Part shown: positions 29,834-42,523 of the stretch, piece after piece | How positions within the stretch are numbered: position 1 is the first letter of the stretch | Layout: each line of letters starts with the position of its first letter | Assembly (NCBI RefSeq): GCF_009914755.1 | Contig: NC_060927.1 | Reading direction: 5' to 3' (one strand) | Source: the human T2T-CHM13v2.0 reference genome, Homo sapiens | Length of the DNA stretch: 64,000 bases | The notes under the pieces: model-generated | What the model was told of the DNA's origin: nothing | Database searches by the model: none | The model's input: the letters and a program-made list of their open reading frames with translations, nothing else | Translations under genes and position numbers: made by a program

Positions 29834-30843
29834 ATCCTTTTCTGGGTCATTTTAGAAATTCATGATTAGAAGTGCACCACTGGCATTATTGGACTTCAAA
29901 ATATCTTGCTGAACTAAACCCTTACTAATATGAATTGATGGTATTTTAGTATATGAATAATACCGAGCATTTAATCCATAATAATATTGAATTTGTATAA
30001 GAAATTACTCTAAAATTTCAGTAATATAGGAGAACTTATTGAGAGGGAAGCGTCAATGGAATAAAGACAATATCTTTAAACTATTTAGTTTTACTCTGCA
30101 CATCTTACACTTTCTAGTCAACATATTCTAGCATTTCTAACTATATATGTAATTGAAAGTGTTTCAGATTACAGTACACTAATGATAGCATCCTGTGCTA
30201 TACAAAGGGAATAATTTTGACACTATAACTTTAAATATAGCTTAGAGCATCATTTGAGAGACTATGATTCCTCCTCCTTTTCTCCATTTCAGCAATCTGT
30301 AATTTGCCATGACGTGTTATCTCCTCCTGCTCTTTTGTCATTTCCTTTGCCTTACACTAGTAAATTTTGTTTGTGATTATTTATCTATCTCCAGGCTTTT
30401 ATTTACTTATTTATGTATTTAATTTGAGTGTGCGTCTCTATTTCCATATAAAATGGCCTTTGATCTATATGTCTTCTATATCAAAACAAATCGTCAGTAT
30501 TTAAAAAGAAATTTAACTGCTTCATGAGATTTCCAGAATACATGTGCCCAGACATTTACATATTGAAGTACATTTTATTTTATTATATTTTGCATTCTTT
30601 TCACATATCCTTTTTTATTCCAGTTAATTTCACTGATTTTTAAAAATTATGTGTAGGTAAGTTTGTTATGAATTTTATTGCCAGATAATGAAAATATTAT
30701 TTCAAACTGTGTGGTGCATAGACAAGTGGTCATTTCACAATAATTTATTACAACTCTCATACATGCCATCCTATCTGTGTGAAATCTTCCATAATAAGGG
30801 AAGAAAACTTTCTTCAGATAGTGCAGGAACAGTTTGAGTCATC

Positions 30844-31143
<300 letters not shown>

Positions 31144-31479
31144 GAGTAATCTTTAGATATTTGTTTGACATTCTGTGATGAAGTCAGTAGCAAAGCGCTG
31201 AAGGGAAGAGGAAGGGATGGGGAGTCTACGGACACGTGTGTGAGAGACATATCAACGGACTAGGACTAAAGCACACTTCTAGGAAGGGATGAGGGGACCC
31301 TCTACAGGCTTCTCCATTCCTAGACCTCTCGTCTGCATCTGGGCACCTGCTGCAGATGGTGACGTAGGGTGAGGAGGCTCATTTTCTAAAAAGTCTGTAA
31401 ATCTTTCTTTTAAAAAATCCTCCATGGAAATACCAAAAAGTGAATAATGTATCACTTGCTTTCCACCACGTATTTCTCC

Positions 31480-31628
31480 TTTTAAAAATTTTATTTTATT
31501 TTTAATTGACAAGTAATAATTGTATAGAGGGTATAATGCAATATTTCCATGCATGTATACATTGTGGAATGAGCAAATCAGGCTAATTAGCATATTCATC
31601 ACTTCAGATACTTATCATTTCTTTGTGC
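31480..31628 (-). mobile_element. Short L1MA 3'-end fragment
   Basis: taattgacaagtaataattgtata...aatcaggctaattagcatattcatcac. Confidence 0.75.
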
Positions 31629-33932
31629 TACCACAGATTTCATTGCTGAAAATCAGCAGCTCAGACATCTGAAATGTCACCCTCTAAAATCTTTGTGCAA
31701 TTTAACACACCATTATGTAGAAGGGTTGAGAAATAGAGAAATATCGAGGTGTTGCCCGCAGGCAACACAACACAATTGCAGTCCCAGGCAGGAGATTCTG
31801 GAATTCGGTTTAACAAGTAAGGCTCTTAAGGCTGTCAGGGAGGCAGGCAAGACACTCCCTGAATGTTGAAAACAGTAAAGGACCCAGATTTTGGAAGTGA
31901 GGCTCAGAGCAAAAAATATGTTATTATTGCAAGTGATTAAGACTCCAGCCCCACAGTGACCAAAATAAGGATCTTGGGGCAAAGAGGAAGCAAGAAAAAG
32001 TCACTTTTCCTGGAGCTAAGTGTAAAGGCTCAACTACAGTGTCCCAGCTGCATGATAGAACCAGATCGAATAAAGCAGAAATGTGATAATGTTTACTAGA
32101 ACTCAAAAGCATAATTTATCAGTGATAAAACCCAAGATACATAATCTAATAAACATAATTGACTTTACATTTATCGTTTGCCTGACATTTTAAGCTGTAT
32201 ACTGTTTTTACAGATTATATTGGTTAGAGTGGTAAATGGAAGTGAGAAGACACTGAAGAAGAAAAATAATCTATTACAAAAGGATCCTCAGGGCAGGACA
32301 AAGAATCTTTTATTTTACTGTATGTACTATTTCTGTATGAAATAGTCACAGTGCATTATCAGATTTAAATGAAACTTTCCATTGCCAACAGCGAATTCAT
32401 TTATGTAGCTTGCTTTATCACTAATGAATATCTATTTTTTTGCTTAATATTGGGAAATATTTTACTTGAAAAAGAGGATTTTCAAATATTTAAAATATAA
32501 GCTAATGGTTGTTTATTTTTTACAACTTCTTATAAAAGTGATACATCCCATGCTATAAATATAGATTCAGACCCACCTTCAAGTCAGAAAATTGTCTTCT
32601 ATCACAAACATTTCCCAAATGTTCAGAATTCTACTTTGACGGTTTAGCATTGAGAATCAGAATAGGATTTCAAGCAGCATTGATATTTGAGGACTAAATT
32701 AGGGACATTTCTCCAGATTAGTGTCTCATAAAATTTGCCAAATGTTAGACATAGAGTCTCTGCAAAAGCATTATCTTGAGAAACAACCTTTGAATATTCA
32801 AATGGTTTTTCTTGAGAAGTAAGAAGGATATGGGCTCAGTTGGTTGAACAGACACTTTTTCTGTACTCAGCTAATTGCACACAACATTTTACATGAAGCA
32901 AATTAGGAATCTTCTGTTATCAGTTGGACCCGTACTGCATTATAATAAGCCATTACTGTTGAGTTAGCCCAGTACTACATTTCTTACCAAGTTCAGCTTA
33001 GAGTATACAAAATAAGGATCTACCTGAAGATTATATGAGGTTGCTGAAGAGCATACAACATTTACTAGATTCATTCTTGTATATTCCTAGGGTCTGCATG
33101 GAGGGCAGAGGACACCAAGTGTGAGGGAGATTCATAGTATCTCATTTACTGCCTATTCAACACATTTCAGTGCTTAATGCTCAGTCCCAACAAATTAAAT
33201 CTTTCAAAAGATATTCAGTCCTATTAATAAAAATACAATAACAGGGGAAAAGCTTTTTGTTTCTTTCTCTAAAAGTAAAAACAGTTCAAATCCCAGATTT
33301 GTGCCTCTTTGGCTGCTGGTCTTTGGATATGGTTATGGTCTATGTCTTGATTTCAGTATGTGCAAAATAAGTGAACAGATGACCTCTGGGGGCAGTTTTG
33401 CTTAACAAGAGCTTTGCTTTCTATTTATAGAGAGAGTAAAGAACTATAGTAGAGAATTATAATGTATTGGAAGGAAGAACAAGAGTTTGAAGTTGTCCAA
33501 AGAGGCTGTATGATTAGACAGGAGGCCACGGATAAGAGACACGAATTACAATTCTTCTTTATAAATTAACATGACTTTGTAACCCTTCTCAATAGTGTGA
33601 AGTTTTTATATTAAAAAGCTTTTAAATCTGATCTTTGTCATGGAGATTATAGAAAACAAAAGAAAAGCTAATTTTCATGAGAATAGGCATGGGGCACTAG
33701 ACTTTTGCTCCAGACAAACAAGAAATCAGGAATTTCCCTTCAAATAAAAAATAGAATGTAATTACAGTATACATAGCCTTCAAACATTCCCAGCACTTGA
33801 AACAAAATACCATTGTTATCTTACCTAATATATTGTTACTTAAAGTAGATGGTTTCTGTTAAAAAAACAATGCTTTTTTCTTCCATCCCAGCATCCTTAC
33901 CAGCCTTGAAAACATAACTTTAGGAATGAGAG

Positions 33933-34388
33933 TGTCAGATGATGAAATTACAACAAATTTAGTTTAACGATCTATTTGGCTTTAGTTTGCAATCCTAATA
34001 TTGAGTAACACCTCGTTCTATGATATAGAATGAGTGTTCTGTTGAGCATGACAGAATGGTTGGTTTTTGTAAGGTGGGAACAAAGAAACAGAACAAATTC
34101 TTCTTAAGTGGATTGGTTAACTTCAGCTTACTACAGGCCACTTTTCTTGTAAGGGTTAAAGCAGAAGGGACTTCCTTACTACTGACTAAGGTAGAAAGAA
34201 CTCAGATAGACCGAGCTCTTTCTTACTGGTTGCTGTGAATCTCCTGCTTTCTGGGAAAGCTGGTCTATTTGGGAATTTAACTGCTTTACCTAGCATAAAT
34301 GACTCTATTTTTGGTTTGTTCTTGCCTGCCCAGGCCCAGTTCAGGAGGCTAGTCTTAAACAATGGCCTTCTATAAACTTTGTCTAACA
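33933..34388 (-). mobile_element. MER4-group ERV1 solo LTR (MER31-like, tentative)
   Basis: tg...ca termini. Contains attacaacaaatttagtttaacgatcta and aaacaatggccttctataaactttgtctaaca. Confidence 0.7.
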
Positions 34389-35042
34389 GGAGAAATTTAG
34401 TTTGTATCACTATAACAGCAATATAGCACAAAAAGAATTAGATTTTGAGGACTCTCTTTTTGTGTGTGTGGGTTAGCCCAAATACTTTTTAAATAAAAGG
34501 ACAGTTGTACAAAGACATTTGTAGTGACAGTTTTTAAAACATCATGGCTGATACACTGATCCTATCAAATCAGGAGTCTGTCTTAATCCTCAGCAAATGG
34601 AAAGGGATTCCTTTTGGTTCCGAAGCTCTGGTTTTGATATAAAGATATAAAAGAACAGTGGTAAAACTTGGTAGACCCCCAAATAATACTATTTGTTAAA
34701 TGCATAGTCCACAGGTACATTCAGAGCAGTATCAATTAAGGATTACCTGATAGCTATAATGAAAACATCAGTTTTTATTTTTTACAACCTCAGAAGTGGA
34801 CTCATTACCTCTCATAATGAAATAAATGGTAAAAAAAAATGAAATATTACATTTATTATTTGCCTATAATAGGTCAATCAATGTGTTAAATGGTTTGCCT
34901 ACATTGCCATTGAATTCTTAAATTACGTTTTGAGAAATGATTATTCCCATTTACAAACAAGTAAACTTGTCCAAGACCACATCAAAAGTAAGGAGTTAGG
35001 GCTGGAATGTGAGATCAGGCTTCTCTGATGCAAACGTCAGTA

Positions 35043-35366
35043 CAGTTATCGCTCGGCATTCAAGGGGGATTGGTTATAGGACCCCCCACCCACCATGTAT
35101 ACCAAAATCTGCAGATATGCAAGTCCTTATATAAAAAGGCATAGTATTTACATATAACTCACACACACCCTCCTGCATACTTTAAATCATCTGTAGATTA
35201 CTTATAATACCTAATATGATGTAAATGCCATGTAAATAGTTGTTATACTGCATTGTTTTTATTTGTATTAATTTTTTGTATTTTTGTTTTCATTTATTTT
35301 AATATTTTCAATTCATGGTTGGTTGAATCTGTGGGTATGGAACTTGCATATGTAGAGGGCCAACTG
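35043..35366 (+). mobile_element. MER2 (TcMar-Tigger MITE)
   Basis: ta|cagtt...caactg|ta TIRs with TA TSD. Internal tttaaatcatctgtagattacttataatacct. Confidence 0.9.
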
Positions 35367-36094
35367 TACTGCCATCTTCTATGTGCTATGAAAATTTGTA
35401 GTCACAGGTGTAAGACCCAGTGGGTCTCATTTCTAGAAATATAAAGTCTGTTCACTCACTTCTTCGCTATCTTCAGGTGAACTAGTTACTATCCTCTACA
35501 TTTTCTTGGCCATTATAGGTGTGCTCAGTTAATGTCTGTAGATAATTTTGAAGCCTTCTTTAGATTGTAATAAAAATCTTATCCTATGTAATAGTTTGGG
35601 TATTTTGAGTGTCCTTTCTGCTTCCATGGAGAGGATTTTAACTGCTTACATTTGAAGGTCAGGTCTACTTATAGTTAAATATGTTGTTCTTAGATGTATC
35701 TCCCACTGAGTTCAGCATCACGTGGATCCTGAACTTCATATGAAGATGGGTAGTGAACTGGGTACTTTGCAAAATTCTATGCAAGCTCAAAATATCATTA
35801 TTGCCAATTTTGGCAATCATCCTATTCTGTCAGTGTTACTGTATGTGTTTCAATGCTATACTTGGCTTTACTGATCTTATCCCTCATTTTTGCTGTCCTT
35901 GAGCATGTTCATGTTATATTAAAGCTCTTTCTAGGATGATCGTTAATAACAATTTCACAATGTTGTTAATCTAGAAATCCGAGTGCATTTACTTCTAATT
36001 CTTAACAAAATCCAATAAATTTGACTACTCATAAGGGAAAATATATATGAAAATGTGGCCACTCTAAACCAAGGTATTGCTCGTGATAGGCTAC

Positions 36095-36484
36095 TTTATG
36101 CCATGGTAATAGATTAAGGCTTAAACCCCAGTGGGTTAACAAAACAAAGGTTCATTTTTTGTTCCCACTACGTGTTCACGGAAGTTTGATGGGACACTCT
36201 ACCTCACATTGTCAGACAAGGACCCAGGCTGATGGAGTTTCCACCATCCTGTAGCCTCACCATCTGAAACTATGTAACTTTGTTTACTATGGCAGGGCAA
36301 ACAGGAACTAAGGAACTGGAGAATCTTTTACAGACTTACACTGCTCCAGTTCTGAAGTCACATAGGTCACCACCATTTACACCACATTGGCTGGAAATAG
36401 TCACATCTCTACCTAACTGCAAGATGCCATTTAAATAAAAGGAAGCAAATGGCACGCTTTGTGAGACTTATTGCTGCTACCACA
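36095..36484 (-). mobile_element. Old MLT1 (MaLR) LTR
   Basis: ggacccaggctgatggag...ccattggctggaaatagtcaca...cctaactgcaag. Confidence 0.6.
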
Positions 36485-38749
36485 AAAAGGAATAATTTAG
36501 TTTCTACTGTATCTAATGAGGCAGCTTTTAAGGGCCCAGTAAAACAACATGTGTCCTTTAGTCTCTTCCCTCGATGCACAAACCATTCTCAAACATGTTT
36601 ACTAAATTCACCTATGAATGACACAGCCTTGCTTCTTCTCCACTTAAAGCACTTTAAAGTGACATAACCTGCGTGCTTTTTCTATGATATTGGTCATAAC
36701 AACCTACATTATAATGTAGAAAACGGAAACTTTTAGAGAAAAAGTAAATGTCCTAAAGTAACAAAGCTAGTAAGTGGTGAAATTGCGATTTTTAAATGGG
36801 CTTCTCTGAAATGAGACACTTTCTTTTAACTGAAATGGTCTTCCTTCATATCACAACAGACTTAGATCTATGCAGCTTTGAAGGCGATAAGCATAGACAT
36901 CTTTTCCAAACTCCAGTTTCTGCCCAAATTAAAACAACTGCCAGTTCTCAACAATAACATCAGAATAGCTGACTTCTATTCAAACTTCTATTCAATACAA
37001 GGAAAATACCAATCTCTTGATGATTCTTTAAACAAATAACATCACATATAAGAAACTGAGCTTTAGTCAGAAGATGATGTGAAATAGATGGTCCTTACAT
37101 CAAACTAAGTCATTAGTAGAAATTGAAAGACTTCATTTAAATAAGCCAGCACGTTTTGTATATGTGTGTGTGTGTGTCTGTGTAGGGTTCTTACTTCCTG
37201 AAAACCTACATTTGAAAACTCTGAGGTCTAATCATTTTCGAATTCCGTCATGTAGAGATAGAAAGGAAATGTCGTTCTGCTTTAAGTTCATCTTTTGGAT
37301 ATCTAGCTAAAATTTGAGATATAAAAATCCAGGGGCATGCCAAATATGAATGTTGTTTGAGGTGTGTTAAATTCAGATAAACTCAGGACTTTTCCTCTAA
37401 TAAAAGAAAATATTTGTTTTAATTTTGATAGATTTATGCCTAAAACTATTATGTTCTATTTGCTTTTAAAAAAATACTAAATGTATTTTTAAGGACAAAA
37501 TGTGTTTTGAAGGATTGTTAGGAGCAGACTTTATTATGGTATGCAAATCTTTTCAAACCACTGATACAAAAAATTGCTAAATAATTGATTTTGTAAACAT
37601 ATACTTTAGTATAAATTATTTCTCCTTGGAACTCACTTTAGTGACTAGGAATTTCTGCTAATTCTGTATTGTTTACTTGGCTTGCAGTTCAGATTGTTTC
37701 CAGAACCCTACAAGATGGATGTTCAATGTCCAACATGCTAATACCTCACTTATCCAGATACCAACTACCTGGTAACCTCAAACATCCAGTAAAAGCAGAA
37801 AGGTTGAAGATCACCTAAGCCAGATAACACAAAATGTACTCATTTGCTTAAGGAAGATCCCATCTGGGACATACTCAGCGTCTATTTGTTCATATTTTAG
37901 ATAAAAATTTACTATAGTCAATAATGCGATTTACCAACTCAATGCAATAGAGGTAAAGAATTTTGAAAGTAAAGAGAGACTTTATAGAGGCAGGTAGGTG
38001 ATACCTACTTTTATATTCCTTTTAGTTGATACACATGTAATTTTAGTCAGAGTAAGAATGAAAGGCCAAAGGTTGAGACTTCTATCTGATACAAGAGCAC
38101 AAGTATTGCCAGGATGTTCTTACCATGGCAAGCACACTTTGGTAACAGTGCAGTGGTAAGGAAAGGGCTGGAGGTGAATTGAACTGGATCAGACATTAGG
38201 GGTAAATTTTGAGGCTAACAGAATGCAGTGGGTTGAGTGCAGTAAATCAGCATGAGAGGCTGCAATAGAAATTATGAGCGTGGCATTGAAGTCAAACCAC
38301 CAAATTCACAGTACTTACATGTGTCTGTGTGACAGAAAACAAAACTTTGAAAGGATCCACAATGCGTAGTTAAGTTTACAAAAAAGCTTTTTATGCCCTC
38401 AACACAATTTTCTAAATCAAGACAAGAAGCACCCAACACTCTGACATAAACTAAAAGAGGTGTATTTATACATAGCACTCATCTTGCCGTTTCTTTACTT
38501 CTACACAAATATTATCAGTACTAGGTACTGTCCCCAGCTAAGCCAGCAATCAGACCTTTTTTTTTTTTCTTTTCTGCTGCTGTTGTTTTTTAAGAAGACT
38601 GTTTTTTCTATGGACAGGGAAGTGATAGAGAAGTGACACAAGAAAAGAAACAGTATGAGATCATAAGACAAAACCAGTAAGCTGAGATTTTAAAACATTT
38701 CTAGTTCTTACTAACAGTGTCCAACGTGTCCTGTACATTAAAAGATCTG

Positions 38750-39025
38750 TTTTATATGTATGTGTATATATATATAAAAAAAGGTAATATAAAATATATG
38801 TAATATAAATATATGTAAAATATTAAATATACATAAAATGTATGTAAAATATAAAAATATATAAAATATATGTAAAATATAAAATATATGTAATATTTAC
38901 ACTATAAAAATATATATAAATGCAGGGGTTTAAAATCATATTTATATGATATATATGTAAAATCATATATGTGTGTGTGTGTATATATACATATATGATT
39001 TTAAAACCCTGCATTTTTTATATTA
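38750..39025. repeat. AT-rich low-complexity tract containing an inverted repeat
   Basis: (TA)n and tataaaa units. Arms aaatgcaggggtttaaaatcatat and atatgattttaaaaccctgcattt. Confidence 0.85.
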
Positions 39026-39805
39026 TTGGAGTAGAACCAATCCTTTTGTTGATAACTAAAAGCTAGCCACGGATACATTTGCCTAGATTTTTTGATTTAT
39101 TTGTGAGCTGCCAAGGATGGCAACAACTTCAAGACTTTCTTTGGCAATAAAACATAGTCAACATATTTAAATAAACAAACATTTAAATAAATATACCGTA
39201 AAGTATAATTAAACATTCTTTAAAATGAAAACACTTGATTAAAATTATTCCTAAATGGAGTATCAAGATTTTGATACTTATAAGAGATTATGGTGTCTGT
39301 GAAAGAATTGATAAATAGATCAATAGAAGTCAAGAAAGTGGTTACTTTTGGAGAAGGGATACAGTGGGGATTTTGATTGCTACCAATGTCCAATTTCTTG
39401 ACCTGTGTGATAGTAAATCATTTGACTCTACATTTTTATTTTGTACATTTTTCTATTATTTCATAATATTAAAATAGCTTAAACTTCAGTATTCACAAAT
39501 AATACATGGGTGACTATTGTCAAAGACTATAGATGTATTATATTAAACATTGATAACTTTATAGTTATAAAGGTTTCTATAGCATTGAAGACTGAGGTCT
39601 TGAGTAACCACTGGTGTGCTATATTTCATCCTTTCCCTCCTGCTTCAGGAGCTTTGTTTCCGTCTCTCCTGTATCATCATTTTTCTCTCTACAATGGTTC
39701 ATTTCCCCAGCAATCTAGACATGTAGTATTTCCCCTTTTATTTAAAACAAAACAATACAGAACTCCCTGATCCTTTGTTCTGCCACCACTCTCAGATTAA
39801 CCTTT

Positions 39806-40153
39806 TGCTATGGCCTGAAATTCATTTCTCCAACCTCATTTCTTACAACCTCCAAAATTCATTTCTTACAACCTAATACCCAATGGGATAGTATTAAAAG
39901 GTGGGGACTTTGGGGGAAGCCCTCACGAATGGGATTAAATCTGCTTATAAAAGAGGTTAAAGGAAGCTGCCTTCTCCCTTCTGCCATGTGAGGACACATA
40001 GAAAGCATCATCTACAAGGAATGGGTCCTCACTAGACACTGAATTTTCTGGCACTATACTCTTAGACTATCTAGCCTCTAGGACTTTAAGTTTTGTTATT
40101 TATAAAGTGTCGGTCTAATTATTTTGTTATAGCATCCTGGAAAGTATAAGATA
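39806..40153 (+). mobile_element. MST/MLT1A-type MaLR solo LTR inserted in an L2-like relic
   Basis: Starts tgctatgg, perfect 5-bp TSD ccttt, and contains ccttctgccatgtgaggacaca. Confidence 0.85.
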
Positions 40154-41344
40154 CCTTTATTTTCTGTTTCGTTTCAAAGTAAAATTCCAAAAAGAATTGT
40201 CTAAACTTGCTGTCTCTACTTCCATTCTCTCTTGAACTCGTTCCAATAAAGCTTTCATCACTACTCCACTAAAACTGCTCTTGTCAATTACTTGTGAACC
40301 TCCATATTAAATATAATTTCTGAAGTTTCAGTCCTTTAACTACATTATATAGAGTTGGTTGATCACACTTTCTTCCTTGAAACACTCCACTTAGCATCTC
40401 AGTCACCATTTACCTTGGTTCTCCTCTGATTTGTTCCTTGTTTCTTTAGTTTTCAGTTGTAATAAGCCTAGTGGCCATGTCAACATGTTACATGTCAACA
40501 ATGGGCCAAGAAATAGTCTGATCTTGTTAATTTAGTTCTCAACTGTCTCGTCCAATTAGAAATTATAGTTTATATTTTAATCTCTCTCTACATCATACTC
40601 TCATAGTGAATTGAGGTCAACATTTAATAACTGCTTCAATAATAAATTTAAATTTTATATCATTTTATGATCTGCACCATTTCTCACCATTTATCCCATA
40701 TTTTTCACTGCCTTTAAAGTTTCTATTTTCATTGCTTCTAGAGTTTCCCTTGAGGCCAAGGAACATGTGTTGCCCTTAATTGGGCTCAGTCATATTTCTT
40801 GGCAGGAACCTAAAAAGGGAGAGAAAAATGAGGAAGATATTGTCCATTTGAGAAATTAACTTCTACTTTTCTCATACAAAATTATACTTGTCAATATACC
40901 AAAAAATTATTAAGCACCTACATGGTTCCAGATACTTGCTAAAGGCTAAGGAAACAAGGACTAAAAAATAATGCCTATTTTCAAATACCTTGCAAGCTAA
41001 TAGAACTTTTTTTTTTAAAATTGAGTCAGAGGAGCATTAATTCATTATAGATTTAACAATCTGTTCCATGAGAACATATTATTCATAACTTGGAAAAAGC
41101 ATAAGAAATTATTAAGTATTCTTTCAGTGAAGTGCTGGGCTTGATTCTATTGATTGGGGCTATGTTACAACTCTCTTAGGGCAGAGGTTAATGAATAGAT
41201 GTTGTCCAGCGAAGATGCAAGTAATTCCTATCTGGTGGAAAAATAACTCTAAAGGTTCATTTCTCCTGGAAACATTAACCAGTTTCATAAACTATATACC
41301 TTATGTTGACATTCCTGTATTAAATTGCACATATATTTATTAAT

Positions 41345-41540
41345 GGTAGTGTGCTAGAGTCAATTCAGACTAGCTCATAAGAATCAATTGTTTTATTTTC
41401 AGGAACTTTGAAAACTGGTTGACTTCATGTTGGTAGCTTAAAATTAGCCATGGTCATGGTGGGAGTACCTATACTACAAAAATCAACAGACACTACTAAT
41501 TAGGTTTTTGTTTGTTTGTTTCCTGGAGAACCAGTTGAAT
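41345..41540 (+). mobile_element. MER63-like hAT DNA element
   Basis: gtgtgctagagtcaattcagactagctc...ttttcaggaactttgaaaactggttg. Similar to the 3207-3356 element in the opposite orientation. Confidence 0.5.
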
Positions 41541-42132
41541 CAATTTTAATGTTTATTGGTTCTCTTATTAATTGATAAGCTAAACAAAATTGCTCATTTA
41601 AGTAAAAATTTTAACATATGCTAATTTTCTATTTTTATAAACAGTCATGATTTTAAAACTTTTGGAGATTATACTTTAACAGTTTATGCCAATTGCCTTT
41701 CACAAGAATTGTTTAGCCATCATTCGGTTATGTGAATGAAGAATCTGATTTTCACAGTCACTGGAACAAATACAGACTGGCTCAGTTGTACTGCTTTAAG
41801 ATGACAGTGTAAAAGGTTATAACAGTAACAATTCATCTTCACCAGAGGGAAAGAATAGACAAAATAATATACAATTCCTTTACTCTCTTTATTTTCTCAT
41901 TGCAAATGCAAACATGAATTTAATTTGCAACATGATTGCTTAGATTTTGACACTTTCTTAATCTGGGTTGCGGAAGAAGTTAATGAAATAGGAAATAAAA
42001 CTTGGGGTCTAAGGAAGAGTAAAAGCCTCAAGGCAAAGCTTTACTTTATTTGAGGGTAGTAATCCAAAATTCAAGGGTATATTAGTACCTTTGTCCACTT
42101 GGCTATTCCCTTTCTTATGTGTTTTTACTTAG

Positions 42133-42523
<391 letters not shown>

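Noticed and set aside
37713-37741. MDVQCPTC resembling RPS27 MDVKCPGC
   Set aside because: Only 8 codons followed by a stop, with no flanking similarity or poly(A). Likely chance.
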